NCBI GenBank assembly: GCA_965364305.1
Contig: CBDTWX010000001.1
Location: 1 to 42,112 of the forward strand
DNA length: 42,112 bases
Source: an uncultured Thermoanaerobaculia bacterium
GTDB taxonomy: Bacteria > Acidobacteriota > Thermoanaerobaculia > Thermoanaerobaculales > Sulfomarinibacteraceae
Reading direction: 5' to 3'
Shown here: piece after piece, positions 1 to 8,913 of the stretch
How the letters are laid out: the number at the start of each line of letters is the position of its first letter
Numbering within the stretch: position 1 is the stretch's first letter
The notes under the pieces: model-generated
What the model was told of the DNA's origin: nothing
Database searches by the model: none
The model's input: the letters and a program-made list of their open reading frames with translations, nothing else
Made by a program: the position numbers and the translations under genes

Positions 1-582
1 GGTCACAGGTATTTCGGTTAAGGTGCCGTTGCGCTCCACCGAAAGATCCAGGACTCCGCCACCGGCCGTCAGCAGGACAACCTCGAGCTCGCCCCACGTC
101 GCGATCGGTTCCCCCCGAACGGCACGCACCATATCGCCGGTGCGGATTCCCGCCTTGTCGGCCCCGGACTCCGGCTCGACCCAGCCGACGACCGGTGGTT
201 CGTTCTGGTAGGCGGGCACTTCAACGCCGGCGGCAAACGCCATCGCGACAAAAATCACGGCTGCGAGAATATTGGTGATCGGGCCGGCGAGCAGGATCAG
301 CGCGCGTCTCCAGCGAGGGAGAAGCTCGGTTTGGGCCGACGAGTCGCCGATCACATCCGACTCGTCCGGTCCCAGGCCGATGATCCGCACATAACCCCCG
401 AGAGGTATGAGAGAGATTCGGTAGTCGGTCCCGCCTCGCTCGAAACCCCAGAGCCGTTTTCCGAAACCCACCGAAAAAACCTCTACCGGCGCGCCGAGCA
501 GACGAGCCGCGACAAAGTGCCCCGCCTCGTGGATGGTGATCAGCACCCCAATGACAAATATGAATGCAGCAATCGTCAGCAT
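1..582 (-). CDS. rseP: RIP metalloprotease RseP (site-2 protease, M50 family), N-terminal part; gene continues beyond the left edge
   Basis: Absent from the ORF track because it has no in-window stop. My reverse-strand translation from ATG at 582 gives MLTIAAFIFVIGVLITIHEAGHFVAARLLGAPVEVFSVGFGKRLW... (HExxH zinc site in the first TM, followed by a PDZ-like segment). It stays open for 194 codons to position 1. It completes the conserved uppS-cdsA-dxr-rseP order. Confidence 0.85.
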   Translation of the reverse strand, partial: MLTIAAFIFVIGVLITIHEAGHFVAARLLGAPVEVFSVGFGKRLWGFERGGTDYRISLIPLGGYVRIIGLGPDESDVIGDSSAQTELLPRWRRALILLAGPITNILAAVIFVAMAFAAGVEVPAYQNEPPVVGWVEPESGADKAGIRTGDMVRAVRGEPIATWGELEVVLLTAGGGVLDLSVERNGTLTEIPVT

Positions 583-599
583 CGATTCTCCGAACCCGC

Positions 600-1766
600 T
601 CAGGTGACCAGGTATTTCCTCATTTTTTCTCGCGCGAGATCACGCGCCTCTCGATCGACTGCCAAGGCCTGTTCGAGATGCTCGAGCGGGCGGCCGAAAA
701 TATGCCACCCCTCGAGCGTCTCGGCGACCGTCGCCGCCACCGCGGGCAACGCGCAACGCCCCTCGAGAAAGGCCGCGACCGCTTCTTCATTGGCGGCGTT
801 GAGCACCGCCGGCATCTCGCCACCCGCGCGGAGAGCGGAGCGTGCCAGACCGAGAGCTGGGAATCTTACCTCATCCGGGGCTTCGAAGGTCAAAGCCGGC
901 GCATCGACCAGATTTAGCCGGGGCAGTTGATTCACTATTCGATCCGGCCATGACAGAGCATAGAGAACAGGGTGCCGCATGTCGTTCGCGGCCAGCTGGG
1001 CGATTGCGGTCCCGTCGACATACTCGACCAGCGAGTGGATGAGGCTCTGGGGGTGGATCACGACGTCGATTTGCTCCTCCGGGAAACCGAACAGGTGGTG
1101 CGCCTCGATGATCTCGAGACCCTTGTTCATCATCGTCGCCGAATCGATGGTGATCTTCGGTCCCATGTTCCAGGTGGGGTGGTCCAGAGCGTCTTCCCTC
1201 GTCGCCCGGGCCATCTCCTCGGTCGACCAGGAGCGAAACGGGCCGCCCGAGGCGGTCAGCACCAGCTTGCTCGCAGAGCCGTCAGGACCCACCCGGAGGG
1301 CTTGGTGGATGGCGTTGTGCTCGCTGTCGATTGGAAGCAGCTCGACGCCGGCCCGCCGGACCTCTTCGATCAGGATGCTGCCGGCCATCACCAGGGCCTC
1401 CTTGTTGGCCAGCGCGATGTCCTTGCCGGCGCGTACCGCCGCGATCGTCGGCGCCAGACCGACCGAGCCGACCAGCGCCGCAACGACCATCTCTGCCGCC
1501 TCGCAGCGGGCGACCTCTTCGAGACCCTCGCTCCCGAAAACAAAACGTGTCGCGCTGAACTCGCGCGACAGGGTTCGGGCGTCGTCGGATCGCGCAACCC
1601 CGACCACCATGGGTTGATGGGCCCTGATCTGGGCCCGGAGGATGTCGAGATTACGGCCGGCGCCGAGCGCTACGATCCGAAAGCGCTTCGGGAAAGCCGT
1701 GACGAGTTCCACGGTGGAGCTGCCGACGGATCCAGTGGATCCGAGGATTGCGATGTTCTTCATCAC
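600..1766 (-). CDS. dxr: 1-deoxy-D-xylulose-5-phosphate reductoisomerase
   Basis: 388-aa ORF with N-terminal NADPH site NIAILGSTGSVGSST and LANKEALV, PIDSEHNAI and NKGLE motifs typical of Dxr. It overlaps cdsA by 4 nt. Confidence 0.95.
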   Translation of the reverse strand: MMKNIAILGSTGSVGSSTVELVTAFPKRFRIVALGAGRNLDILRAQIRAHQPMVVGVARSDDARTLSREFSATRFVFGSEGLEEVARCEAAEMVVAALVGSVGLAPTIAAVRAGKDIALANKEALVMAGSILIEEVRRAGVELLPIDSEHNAIHQALRVGPDGSASKLVLTASGGPFRSWSTEEMARATREDALDHPTWNMGPKITIDSATMMNKGLEIIEAHHLFGFPEEQIDVVIHPQSLIHSLVEYVDGTAIAQLAANDMRHPVLYALSWPDRIVNQLPRLNLVDAPALTFEAPDEVRFPALGLARSALRAGGEMPAVLNAANEEAVAAFLEGRCALPAVAATVAETLEGWHIFGRPLEHLEQALAVDREARDLAREKMRKYLVT

Positions 1767-2575
1767 ACGAGATTGGCGACGACCAGGTAGCCGAGGAACA
1801 CTGGCGCGGCATAGAACAGGCTGTCGGTGCGATCCAAGAAACCGCCGTGACCGGGCAGCAACGACGACGAGTCCTTGACCCCGCTGTCGCGTTTGAATTG
1901 CGACTCAACGAGGTCACCGATGGGAGCGGCCGCCGCGAGAATGGTGGCCAGGGCTACGACGTGGATCGGATCGATGGACAGGTCGAGAACAAACGCCATC
2001 ACCGCGGCTGCCGCGTAGGTCGTCACGACCGCGCCGAAAAGTCCTTCCAAGGTCTTGTTGGGGCTGATTCGAGGAGACATTTTGTGGCGGCCGAATCTAC
2101 GTCCCACATAGTAGGCGCCAGAATCGCCGATCCAAATGCAGACCAGATAAAAGAACAACAATTGCACACCGGCGGGATCACCGGGCCACAACCGGATCCA
2201 TCCCAGACATGCGGCGGTGCCACCGAGATACAGCACGGCAAAGGTTTCCGCCGACGCCCCTCCGAGACTTCCCGCAGGTGCGTCTCGGTAGGCCAATCGA
2301 ACGGTGCTGAGGGTGAGCAGAGAAACCATGACCGCGATCGCGAAGCCGGTCACACTGTAGATCCACGACGCTGCCAACAAACCGCCGGTGAGTGACAGCG
2401 GCAACCACCGGCCAACGCCGAGGCCGGCAGCTCGAGACATTTTCAGAAACTCGTCGCAGGCGACGATTGCAGCGGCTCCAAGAACCGCCAGGAAGACCCA
2501 GGCTGGCAGCCAGATGATGGTTGCCGCAAGCGCCGGGATCGCGACCACGGCGAACAGTTCTCGCTGAGCCCGCAT
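1763..2575 (-). CDS. cdsA: Phosphatidate cytidylyltransferase (CDP-diglyceride synthase)
   Basis: 270-aa polytopic membrane ORF. It carries the CdsA signature region SGAYYVGRRFGRHKMSPRISPNKTLEG ... SQFKRDSGVKDSSSLLPGHGGFLDRTDS. Confidence 0.9.
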   Translation of the reverse strand: MRAQRELFAVVAIPALAATIIWLPAWVFLAVLGAAAIVACDEFLKMSRAAGLGVGRWLPLSLTGGLLAASWIYSVTGFAIAVMVSLLTLSTVRLAYRDAPAGSLGGASAETFAVLYLGGTAACLGWIRLWPGDPAGVQLLFFYLVCIWIGDSGAYYVGRRFGRHKMSPRISPNKTLEGLFGAVVTTYAAAAVMAFVLDLSIDPIHVVALATILAAAAPIGDLVESQFKRDSGVKDSSSLLPGHGGFLDRTDSLFYAAPVFLGYLVVANLV

Positions 2576-2609
2576 GCCTCACGACCTCTCTGCGGCCGCT
2601 ACTCTGGCG

Positions 2610-3431
2610 TTACTCGGCACGAGGCTCTCCGACCGGTGTGAAGACACCGCCGTCGGGGACCAGACCGCCGAAACGACGTTCCCTGTGCTGGTAATCGAGC
2701 ACCGCCTTCAAGAACTCGATCTTTGAAAAATCCGGCCACAGCACTGGGCAGAAGTAAATCTCGGAATAGGCCATCTGCCAGAGGAGAAAGTTCGAGATCC
2801 GCTGTTCCCCGGAGGTCCGGATCAGGAGATCGGGGTCCGACACTCCACGTGTGGTGAGGTGGTCGTGTATCCATCCCTCGTCGACGCCTTCTGGTGAGAG
2901 ATCACCCGAAACGGCGGCAGTCACCGATTCGCGCACCACATCCGTGAGCTCCTGACGACCCGAGTAGTTGAGGGCGATCTGAACCAAAGGACCGGTGCAC
3001 TCGGCGGTGCCGTCGACGGCGCGACGGAGCTCCCTCTGTACCGATTCGTCGAGCTCGTCGATCCGCCCGATCGGCCGGAACCGGAGGTTGTTCTTGATCA
3101 GCGTTTCGAGCTCCCGCTTGATGTACTCCTTGAGGAGGCCCATGAGGGTCAGCACTTCGTGTCGTGGGCGTTTCCAGTTTTCAGTTGAAAAGGCGTACAG
3201 AGTGACGACCTCGAGACCGAGACGCGCAGCGGTCTCCACGGTCTCGCGGACCGATCGAATACCTGCCCGATGACCCTCCACGCGGGGAAGCTTGCGAGCC
3301 GTCGCCCATCGCCCGTTGCCGTCCATGATGATCGCGACGTGGCGGGGCAGCCGGTCCGGGTCGATACGCTCCAGGATCTCGCGTTCGGGGGTGCCGGGCT
3401 GTGCGATCTCATCGAGAGGTAGCATCACCAT
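2610..3431 (-). CDS. uppS: Ditrans,polycis-undecaprenyl-diphosphate synthase
   Basis: 273-aa ORF with HVAIIMDGNGRWA, FSTENWKRP and RTSGEQRISNFLLWQ motifs of cis-prenyltransferases. Confidence 0.95.
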   Translation of the reverse strand: MVMLPLDEIAQPGTPEREILERIDPDRLPRHVAIIMDGNGRWATARKLPRVEGHRAGIRSVRETVETAARLGLEVVTLYAFSTENWKRPRHEVLTLMGLLKEYIKRELETLIKNNLRFRPIGRIDELDESVQRELRRAVDGTAECTGPLVQIALNYSGRQELTDVVRESVTAAVSGDLSPEGVDEGWIHDHLTTRGVSDPDLLIRTSGEQRISNFLLWQMAYSEIYFCPVLWPDFSKIEFLKAVLDYQHRERRFGGLVPDGGVFTPVGEPRAE

Positions 3432-3462
3432 ACACCAGGGTCGGAAAGTCTACCATAGCACC

Positions 3463-4254
3463 TCATCTCGGACTCGACGGCGTGACTGAGATTGGATCTG
3501 CGTCGGGTTCGATCCGCGCGAATCTGCGATAGTACACCCGGTGGAGCGTCAAACCAGCAGCGGGAGCGGTGCGGATTGGTGCTCCGGGCTGTGGATGCTC
3601 CATGAGCGCCCGAAAGTCCTCGAGTCGACGACGACCCTGTCCGACCTCGAGGGCTGCCCCCACCATTCTCCGAACCTGGTAGCGGAGAAAACCATCACCC
3701 TCGAAATCGAGATCGACTCCTGATCTTCGCCATCGACACGACACCTGGGAGACGGTCCTGACGGTTGACTCGCCCTCCGGGTTGACAACGGTGAACGACG
3801 CCCAGTCGCGGCGTCCGACCAGGGACCGAACGGCCTCTTCGAAGACCTCGTTGTCGGAAATGCGCGTTACCTGAGCCGACAAAGGATCGGCCCAGGGCAG
3901 GGATGGCGGCCGCCATCGCGCGCGGTAGATGTAGAGTTTGCCGCGGGCGCTCTTGCGGGCGTGAAAGCCGCTTGGTGCGAGGCGCGCGGATCGTATCCTG
4001 ATCTCGTGCGGGAGCTTTGCGTTGAGGGCTCGGACCAGCGCCTCAGGGGGAATCACCGCGGGCAGATCACAGTGTGCCGTTTGGCCGGCAGCATGGACTC
4101 CGGCGTCGGTACGGCTTGCGCCCGTCACCGATGTTGACCCGCACCCGGTGATCGACCTCAGCGCCCGCTCGATTTCGCCCTGGACGGTGAGCTGGCCCTT
4201 TTGTCGTTGCCATCCGTGAAAAGGTCTGCCGTGGTAGGCAACGATCAGCTTCAT
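3463..4254 (-). CDS. truA: tRNA pseudouridine(38-40) synthase TruA
   Basis: MKLIVAYHGRPFHGWQRQ... and GASRTDAGVHA (catalytic Asp) motifs. The ORF track opens at 4266 (MGCRM...), but ATG 4254 gives the canonical N-terminus. Start uncertain by 12 nt. Confidence 0.9.
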   Translation of the reverse strand: MKLIVAYHGRPFHGWQRQKGQLTVQGEIERALRSITGCGSTSVTGASRTDAGVHAAGQTAHCDLPAVIPPEALVRALNAKLPHEIRIRSARLAPSGFHARKSARGKLYIYRARWRPPSLPWADPLSAQVTRISDNEVFEEAVRSLVGRRDWASFTVVNPEGESTVRTVSQVSCRWRRSGVDLDFEGDGFLRYQVRRMVGAALEVGQGRRRLEDFRALMEHPQPGAPIRTAPAAGLTLHRVYYRRFARIEPDADPISVTPSSPR

Positions 4255-4373
4255 GCGACATCCCATCCCGGATATCCTCGCACGGAATACCCGCTGACCC
4301 GCACCTCACGTCCGTTGTCCCCGCCCGTCGGGCGAACCACCCTCGTCGGCGATGAGCCTACGGCGGCTGTACA

Positions 4374-5942
4374 ATGTGTGAAATGTTGGATTTCGTCTTC
4401 GAAGAAAGCGGAGCGACCCACCGGATTCCGGTGCGGGACGGTCTCACCTTGGGGCGTTCGAGCGACAACGACGTCGTGCTCCGCGACTTTTCGGTGTCGC
4501 GGCATCACGCGAGGGTGGACGAGAAAGGTGAGGGCTTTGAGATCGTCGATCTCGAGTCGACGAATGGCGTGAGGATCAACGACGAGCCCGTGCCGTCGGG
4601 CCCGTTCGTTGCCGGTGACAGGGTCGGTATCGGGAGCTTTGAGCTGTTGGTCGAGAGCTCAGAGGGTGAGGTTTCGGGATTCTCCTCAGCGACCTACTTG
4701 CGGCCCTTGTCGGAGTTCAACCAAGACTACGGCCTCGAGGGGCGCCCGCAGGAGATCTCCAAGGAAATCGGAGCACGCCAGCGGGTTTTCGAGATCCTCG
4801 CACAGGTTGCAAAGGTCCTGATCCAGGTTGAAGAACTCGAGCCGGTGTTGGAAAAGGTGATGGACCTGGTCTTTGATCAACTGCTCGTCGACCGGGGGTT
4901 CATCGTCCTCTTTGACGACCAGGGCGAACCGAAGCTTGAGCTGAATCGAGCGCGTGGGTCAGAGGAGGGGATTGAGGAAGAGGTACCAATCTCGCGCACC
5001 ATCCTCGACATGGTCTCGCAGCAGCAGGTCGCGATCCTCACCCACGATGCTCAGGCCGACCAGCGATTTGAAGCCGGACGCAGCGTCCGTATCCACCAGA
5101 TTCGCTCGGCCATGTGTGCGCCTCTGTGGCACCGCGAGCGGGTGGTCGGCGTGATCTATGTAGACTCGCCACTGCACGTGGGTTCCTTCTCGGCGTCGGA
5201 CCTCGATCTTCTGACCGCTCTTTCGAACTACGCGGCTGTGGCGATCGAGCGTGCCCGGCTGAACGAGCGAATCCGCCGCGAGCGGGTGGCGCGGGATCGC
5301 CTAGAACGCTACCACTCTCCGGCGGTGATCGAGGCCGTCCTCTCGGACTCGGGCGCCGACCGCGCGTCGGTGACCTTGCGCGAGACCTCGATACTGTTTG
5401 CCGACATCGTCGGGTTCACCGCCCGCTGCGAGAGCTTGCCACCGGAGGAGGTGGCGGCTTTTCTCAACCAGTTCTTCTCGCTCGCTGCCGATGTCATATT
5501 CAAACATGGAGGGACGCTCGACAAATTCATCGGCGATGCGGTGATGGCCTTTTTTGGGGCGCCACTGCCTCAGGCGGACCATGCGGAGAGGGCGGTCCGG
5601 TCGGCGCTTGAGCTGATCTCTGTGCTCGAGGAGTGGAACTCCGAGCGCGAGGCCGCTGGTGATGATCGGGTCGATGTCCGCATTGCGGTCAACTCGGGGC
5701 CGGTCGTCGTTGGTGACATCGGATCGGCGAGTCGCGTCGACTACACGGTGCTCGGCAACACCGTCAACGTGACCGCCCGGCTCGAGGAGCACGTCGCCAC
5801 ACCCGGTTCCATCGTGCTCGGTGAAAACACACAGGCCGCCGTCCGCGATATCTTTCCAACTGAGTCGCTCGGTTCGGTCCAGCTCAAGGGACTGACCCGC
5901 AAGATCAATATCTTTCGGGTCATGACCCAGGATGTCGAATAG
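4374..5942 (+). CDS. FHA domain - GAF domain - class III adenylate/guanylate cyclase
   Basis: N-terminus has an FHA pattern (LTLGRSSDNDVVLRDFSVSRHHARV...STNGVRIN). A central GAF-like region follows. The C-terminal cyclase core reads ILFADIVGFTARCE...LDKFIGDAVMAFFGAP...VNSGPVVVGDIGS...YTVLGNTVNVTARLE. An alternative start is ATG 4383 (MLDFVF...). Confidence 0.85.
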   Translation: MCEMLDFVFEESGATHRIPVRDGLTLGRSSDNDVVLRDFSVSRHHARVDEKGEGFEIVDLESTNGVRINDEPVPSGPFVAGDRVGIGSFELLVESSEGEVSGFSSATYLRPLSEFNQDYGLEGRPQEISKEIGARQRVFEILAQVAKVLIQVEELEPVLEKVMDLVFDQLLVDRGFIVLFDDQGEPKLELNRARGSEEGIEEEVPISRTILDMVSQQQVAILTHDAQADQRFEAGRSVRIHQIRSAMCAPLWHRERVVGVIYVDSPLHVGSFSASDLDLLTALSNYAAVAIERARLNERIRRERVARDRLERYHSPAVIEAVLSDSGADRASVTLRETSILFADIVGFTARCESLPPEEVAAFLNQFFSLAADVIFKHGGTLDKFIGDAVMAFFGAPLPQADHAERAVRSALELISVLEEWNSEREAAGDDRVDVRIAVNSGPVVVGDIGSASRVDYTVLGNTVNVTARLEEHVATPGSIVLGENTQAAVRDIFPTESLGSVQLKGLTRKINIFRVMTQDVE

Positions 5943-5972
5943 GGCTTCTGACTTCATGAGCAAGCCCCTCTG

Positions 5973-6527
5973 ATGCTGATCGAAGATCTCGTCTTCGTGA
6001 CATCGAACCTCGACAAGCTTCGGGAAGCCGAGGCGGTCCTGGGCCACCCGTTGGACCATCGCAAGCTCGATCTTCCGGAGCTCCAGTCTCTGAATCTCGC
6101 AGAGATTGTGCGGGGCAAGGCTCGGATGGCGTGGCAGCGGATCGAACGTCCGGTGCTGGTCGAGGACACCGGACTCGAGCTGGCCGGGCTCGGGGGCTTC
6201 CCGGGCCCGTTGGTCCGGTGGCTGCTGGTCAGCGTCGGCCCCGAGGGTGTCTGTCGGATCGCTCGATGTTTCGGCGACAACGGAGCGAAGGCGCGATGTC
6301 TCGTATGTGCCACAGATGGCGCTGTCGAGATCGTTGGTGAAGGGATTGTCGAGGGAACGATCGCCGAACAGCCGTCTGGACAGGGCGGCTTCGGATGGGA
6401 CAGCGCTTTCATGCCAAGCGATGGTGGCGGCCGAACCTACGGCGAGATGACAGAGGACGAAAAAAACCTCATCTCCCACCGTCGAAAGGCCTTTGTGGCC
6501 CTGCGTGACGCGCTTCGGGCGAGCTGA
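5973..6527 (+). CDS. rdgB: Non-canonical purine NTP pyrophosphatase (RdgB/HAM1 family)
   Basis: 184-aa ORF with FVTSNLDKLREAE, EDTGLELAGLGGFPGP, GGFGWDSAF and EKNLISHRRKAF motifs of dITP/XTP pyrophosphatases. Confidence 0.85.
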   Translation: MLIEDLVFVTSNLDKLREAEAVLGHPLDHRKLDLPELQSLNLAEIVRGKARMAWQRIERPVLVEDTGLELAGLGGFPGPLVRWLLVSVGPEGVCRIARCFGDNGAKARCLVCATDGAVEIVGEGIVEGTIAEQPSGQGGFGWDSAFMPSDGGGRTYGEMTEDEKNLISHRRKAFVALRDALRAS

Positions 6528-6652
6528 CCACCTCTGCGCGGTTCCCTTTCTGCGCCTCGGCGTTCTCTTCTCCGGGTGGGTGTCAGAGTCCCATAGCGGT
6601 CAGAACCGGAGGTCTCACGTTTCAATTCTCTGTGACAGTGGTGATCTGATTT

Positions 6653-6678
6653 CGAGCACGAGCACGAGCACGAGCACG
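6653..6678. repeat. Hexanucleotide microsatellite (GAGCAC)x4, preceded by ATTTCGA
   Basis: Direct reading gives cGAGCACGAGCACGAGCACGAGCACg. It lies in the 248-bp rdgB-ubiE spacer. A near-identical copy lies at 29567-29595. Confidence 0.9.
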
Positions 6679-6774
6679 GGGCAGGATCGGGCCAATCCAT
6701 GCCTCAGGGCTCCAAGACCTCAAGCCTCGAGCCCCAGGCCCCGAGCCCTTCCGCCGCATGCTACCCTGCGCGCC

Positions 6775-7503
6775 ATGCGGCAGGAGCTGCTGAGCAAGAA
6801 GACCTCCGAGATCCGGGGGATGTTCGGACGAATCGCCCATCGTTACGACCTCCTCAACCGGGTGCTCTCTTTGGGTCGCGACGTGAGCTGGCGGCGTGTG
6901 GTTGCGACGCGGGTCGCTGCGGCGAAACCTGACGTCGTGCTCGACGTGTGCACCGGTACCGGCGACCTCGGGTTCGCGATCCGCGCGCCTCTAGTTCTCG
7001 GAGCCGACTTCTGTCTCCCGATGCTCGATCTGGCGAGCGAGAAGGCGACCAGGCGGGGCCGACAGTTGCCGCTCTTCGCGGCGGATGCGTTGGCGCTGCC
7101 GATTCCCGATGCCTCGGTAGATGTGGTGACCGTCGCTTTCGGTGGGCGCAACTTCGCCGATCTGAAAGTCGGGCTTTCGGAGCTGGTGAGGGTGCTTCGT
7201 CCCGGGGGCCTCTTGCTGGTGCTCGAGTTCTCGCGCCCCGTAGGGCCGATCGCGCCACTCCTCGGATGGTGGGTGCGTACCGTTCCGCCCCGCGTCGGAA
7301 GGGCCCTCTCCGGTGACGCCGAGGCCTACTCCTATCTGCCGGCCTCGGTGAGTTCCTTTGCTGACTCCGACGAAATGTGCCGCCGGCTCAGCGCCGAGGG
7401 CCTCTACCACGTCAGAGCTCGTCGTTTGACCGGGGGCGTCGCTTCGCTCTATGAGGGCACCCGACGCGATGAGACCGCCGCAACGGATGGAGGGCATTCA
7501 TGA
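6775..7503 (+). CDS. ubiE: Demethylmenaquinone / ubiquinone biosynthesis C-methyltransferase (UbiE/MenG family)
   Basis: The ORF-track frame opens at 6493, but its first 94 codons are low-complexity and run through the microsatellite (STSTSTST). ATG 6775 gives MRQELLSKKTSEIRGMFGRIAHRYDLLNRVLSLGRDVSWRR, the canonical UbiE N-terminus. The SAM site reads VLDVCTGTGDL. It overlaps folD by 4 nt. Confidence 0.85.
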   Translation: MRQELLSKKTSEIRGMFGRIAHRYDLLNRVLSLGRDVSWRRVVATRVAAAKPDVVLDVCTGTGDLGFAIRAPLVLGADFCLPMLDLASEKATRRGRQLPLFAADALALPIPDASVDVVTVAFGGRNFADLKVGLSELVRVLRPGGLLLVLEFSRPVGPIAPLLGWWVRTVPPRVGRALSGDAEAYSYLPASVSSFADSDEMCRRLSAEGLYHVRARRLTGGVASLYEGTRRDETAATDGGHS

Positions 7504-8426
7504 ACGCCGATGAGAAAACTCTTGACGGGTCACGAATTGCGTCCGAGATTCGCGACGAGGTGGCGGAAGAGGTTTCCACGCTCCTCGCCCGTGGGGTCAC
7601 TCCACGGCTCGATGCTGTGCTGGTGGGCGAGGACCCCGCCTCAAAGGTCTATGTGTCGTCGAAGGCAAAAACCCTGACCGCACTCGGCATGGCGTCGCAG
7701 ACCCATCTCCTGGACGACGACACACCGCAGACCGCACTCGAAGAGCTCGTCGACCGTCTCAACGACGATCCCGAGGTCGATGGTGTCCTCGTTCAGCTTC
7801 CACTGCCGAACGGTATCGACAGCGCAGCGATCCTCGATCGTGTCGATCCGACCAAGGACGTGGACGGCTTTCATCCTCAGAACGTCGGCCTTCTGCAAAA
7901 GGGCCGGCCGCGATTCGTGCCCTGTACGCCGGCTGGAGTCTTGGAGATGTTGAGTCGTGAAGGCATCGAGGTCGCTGGCCGCCGTGCGGTGGTGGTCGGC
8001 CGCTCGGACATCGTCGGCAAACCCATGGCGATGCTGTTGCTGCACGCACATGCGACCGTGACTCTTTGCCATTCACGAACCCGTGACCTGGCAGAGGTCA
8101 CGCGGCAGGCGGAGATTCTGATAGCGGCTGCGGGGGTCCTGTCGCTGATCGGACCTGACCACGTTTCGGAAGGGGCGGTGGTCGTGGACGTGGGAATGCA
8201 CCGGGTCGGCGATCGAGAAACCGTGGATCGGCTCTTTCCGGACAACCAGAAGAAGCAATCCGCCTTTGCCAAACGTGGCGCGGTGCTTGCCGGCGACGTC
8301 GACTTCACGGCAGTGGCGCCAAGGGCGGGCCGAATCACCCCTGTCCCGGGAGGCGTCGGTCCACTCACCATCGCGATGTTGATGGCCAATACGGTCAAGG
8401 CGGCGAAGCTTCGGAGGGGAATGTAG
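7500..8426 (+). CDS. folD: Bifunctional methylenetetrahydrofolate dehydrogenase / methenyl-THF cyclohydrolase
   Basis: 308-aa ORF with VLVGEDPASKVYV, VLVQLPLP, VVGRSDIVGKPMAMLL and TPVPGGVGPLTIAML motifs. Confidence 0.95.
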   Translation: MNADEKTLDGSRIASEIRDEVAEEVSTLLARGVTPRLDAVLVGEDPASKVYVSSKAKTLTALGMASQTHLLDDDTPQTALEELVDRLNDDPEVDGVLVQLPLPNGIDSAAILDRVDPTKDVDGFHPQNVGLLQKGRPRFVPCTPAGVLEMLSREGIEVAGRRAVVVGRSDIVGKPMAMLLLHAHATVTLCHSRTRDLAEVTRQAEILIAAAGVLSLIGPDHVSEGAVVVDVGMHRVGDRETVDRLFPDNQKKQSAFAKRGAVLAGDVDFTAVAPRAGRITPVPGGVGPLTIAMLMANTVKAAKLRRGM

Positions 8427-8434
8427 GATCTTTG

Positions 8435-8455
8435 GAGAATTGAGAATTAAGAATT
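8435..8455. repeat. Heptamer tandem repeat GAGAATT GAGAATT AAGAATT
   Basis: Read directly. It lies 9 nt after the folD stop. A second heptamer pair, CGGAATT CGGAATG, lies at 8478-8491. Confidence 0.9.
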
Positions 8456-8821
8456 CCCGCCCCTCCTCCCACAAACTCGGAATTCGGAATGCCACCCACC
8501 CGCCCCCGTGCCGGTATCTTCGAGCGTCCAGGGTGATTGGCATTTCAATTGTCAATTCTCGATGACCTGAATATTCCAGGCCATTCAGCGGTACACTCGT
8601 GACCTCGCCGTCTTCAGAACCAACATCTTACTGACGCATCGAGACGTCGTATGTCTCCGACCCAATAACGGCCGACCATAAGACCGATTATCTCCCGATA
8701 CGTCAGCTGTCGATTGGCCGCAGCCCCTCTTCGTTCCCGAGCCGCTCCGCAATTTGCCGCACTCAGTCCGACCCGCGTTGATTGTGAAGACGCAGCTGTA
8801 GGTGGCAGGGTGAGTGGGCTA

Positions 8822-8850
8822 AACGTCATAACGTTCAAACGTTTAACGTT
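8822..8850. repeat. Four phased AACGTY boxes (AACGTC-N2-AACGTT-N2-AACGTT-N1-AACGTT)
   Basis: Read directly as aAACGTCatAACGTTcaAACGTTtAACGTTat. AACGTT is self-complementary. The period is 7-8 nt, in an AT-rich patch. Confidence 0.85.
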
Positions 8851-8892
8851 ATAAGGATGAGATCTTAGGGTGGGTGGGCGGATCGGGCATCG

Positions 8893-8913
8893 AGTATCCA
8901 GTATCGACTATCG
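8893..8913. repeat. Heptamer tandem repeat AGTATCC AGTATCG ACTATCG
   Basis: Read directly. It lies 27 nt downstream of the cupin gene stop. It is adjacent to a G3-N1-G3-N1-G3-N6-G3 tract at 8868-8887. Confidence 0.85.

Noticed and set aside
6493-6774. N-terminal extension of the ubiE ORF containing STSTSTST.
   Set aside because: It is translation of the intergenic microsatellite and low-complexity sequence. The canonical UbiE N-terminus starts at 6775.
8614-8838. 74-aa minus-strand ORF in the AT-rich island. Its segment RQLTYREIIGLMVG faintly resembles a sigma-70 region 4 / HTH fragment.
   Set aside because: The resemblance is only a few residues. There is no RBS, the start lies inside the AACGTT repeat array, and the composition is atypical. 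I treat it as non-coding, or at most a decayed remnant.
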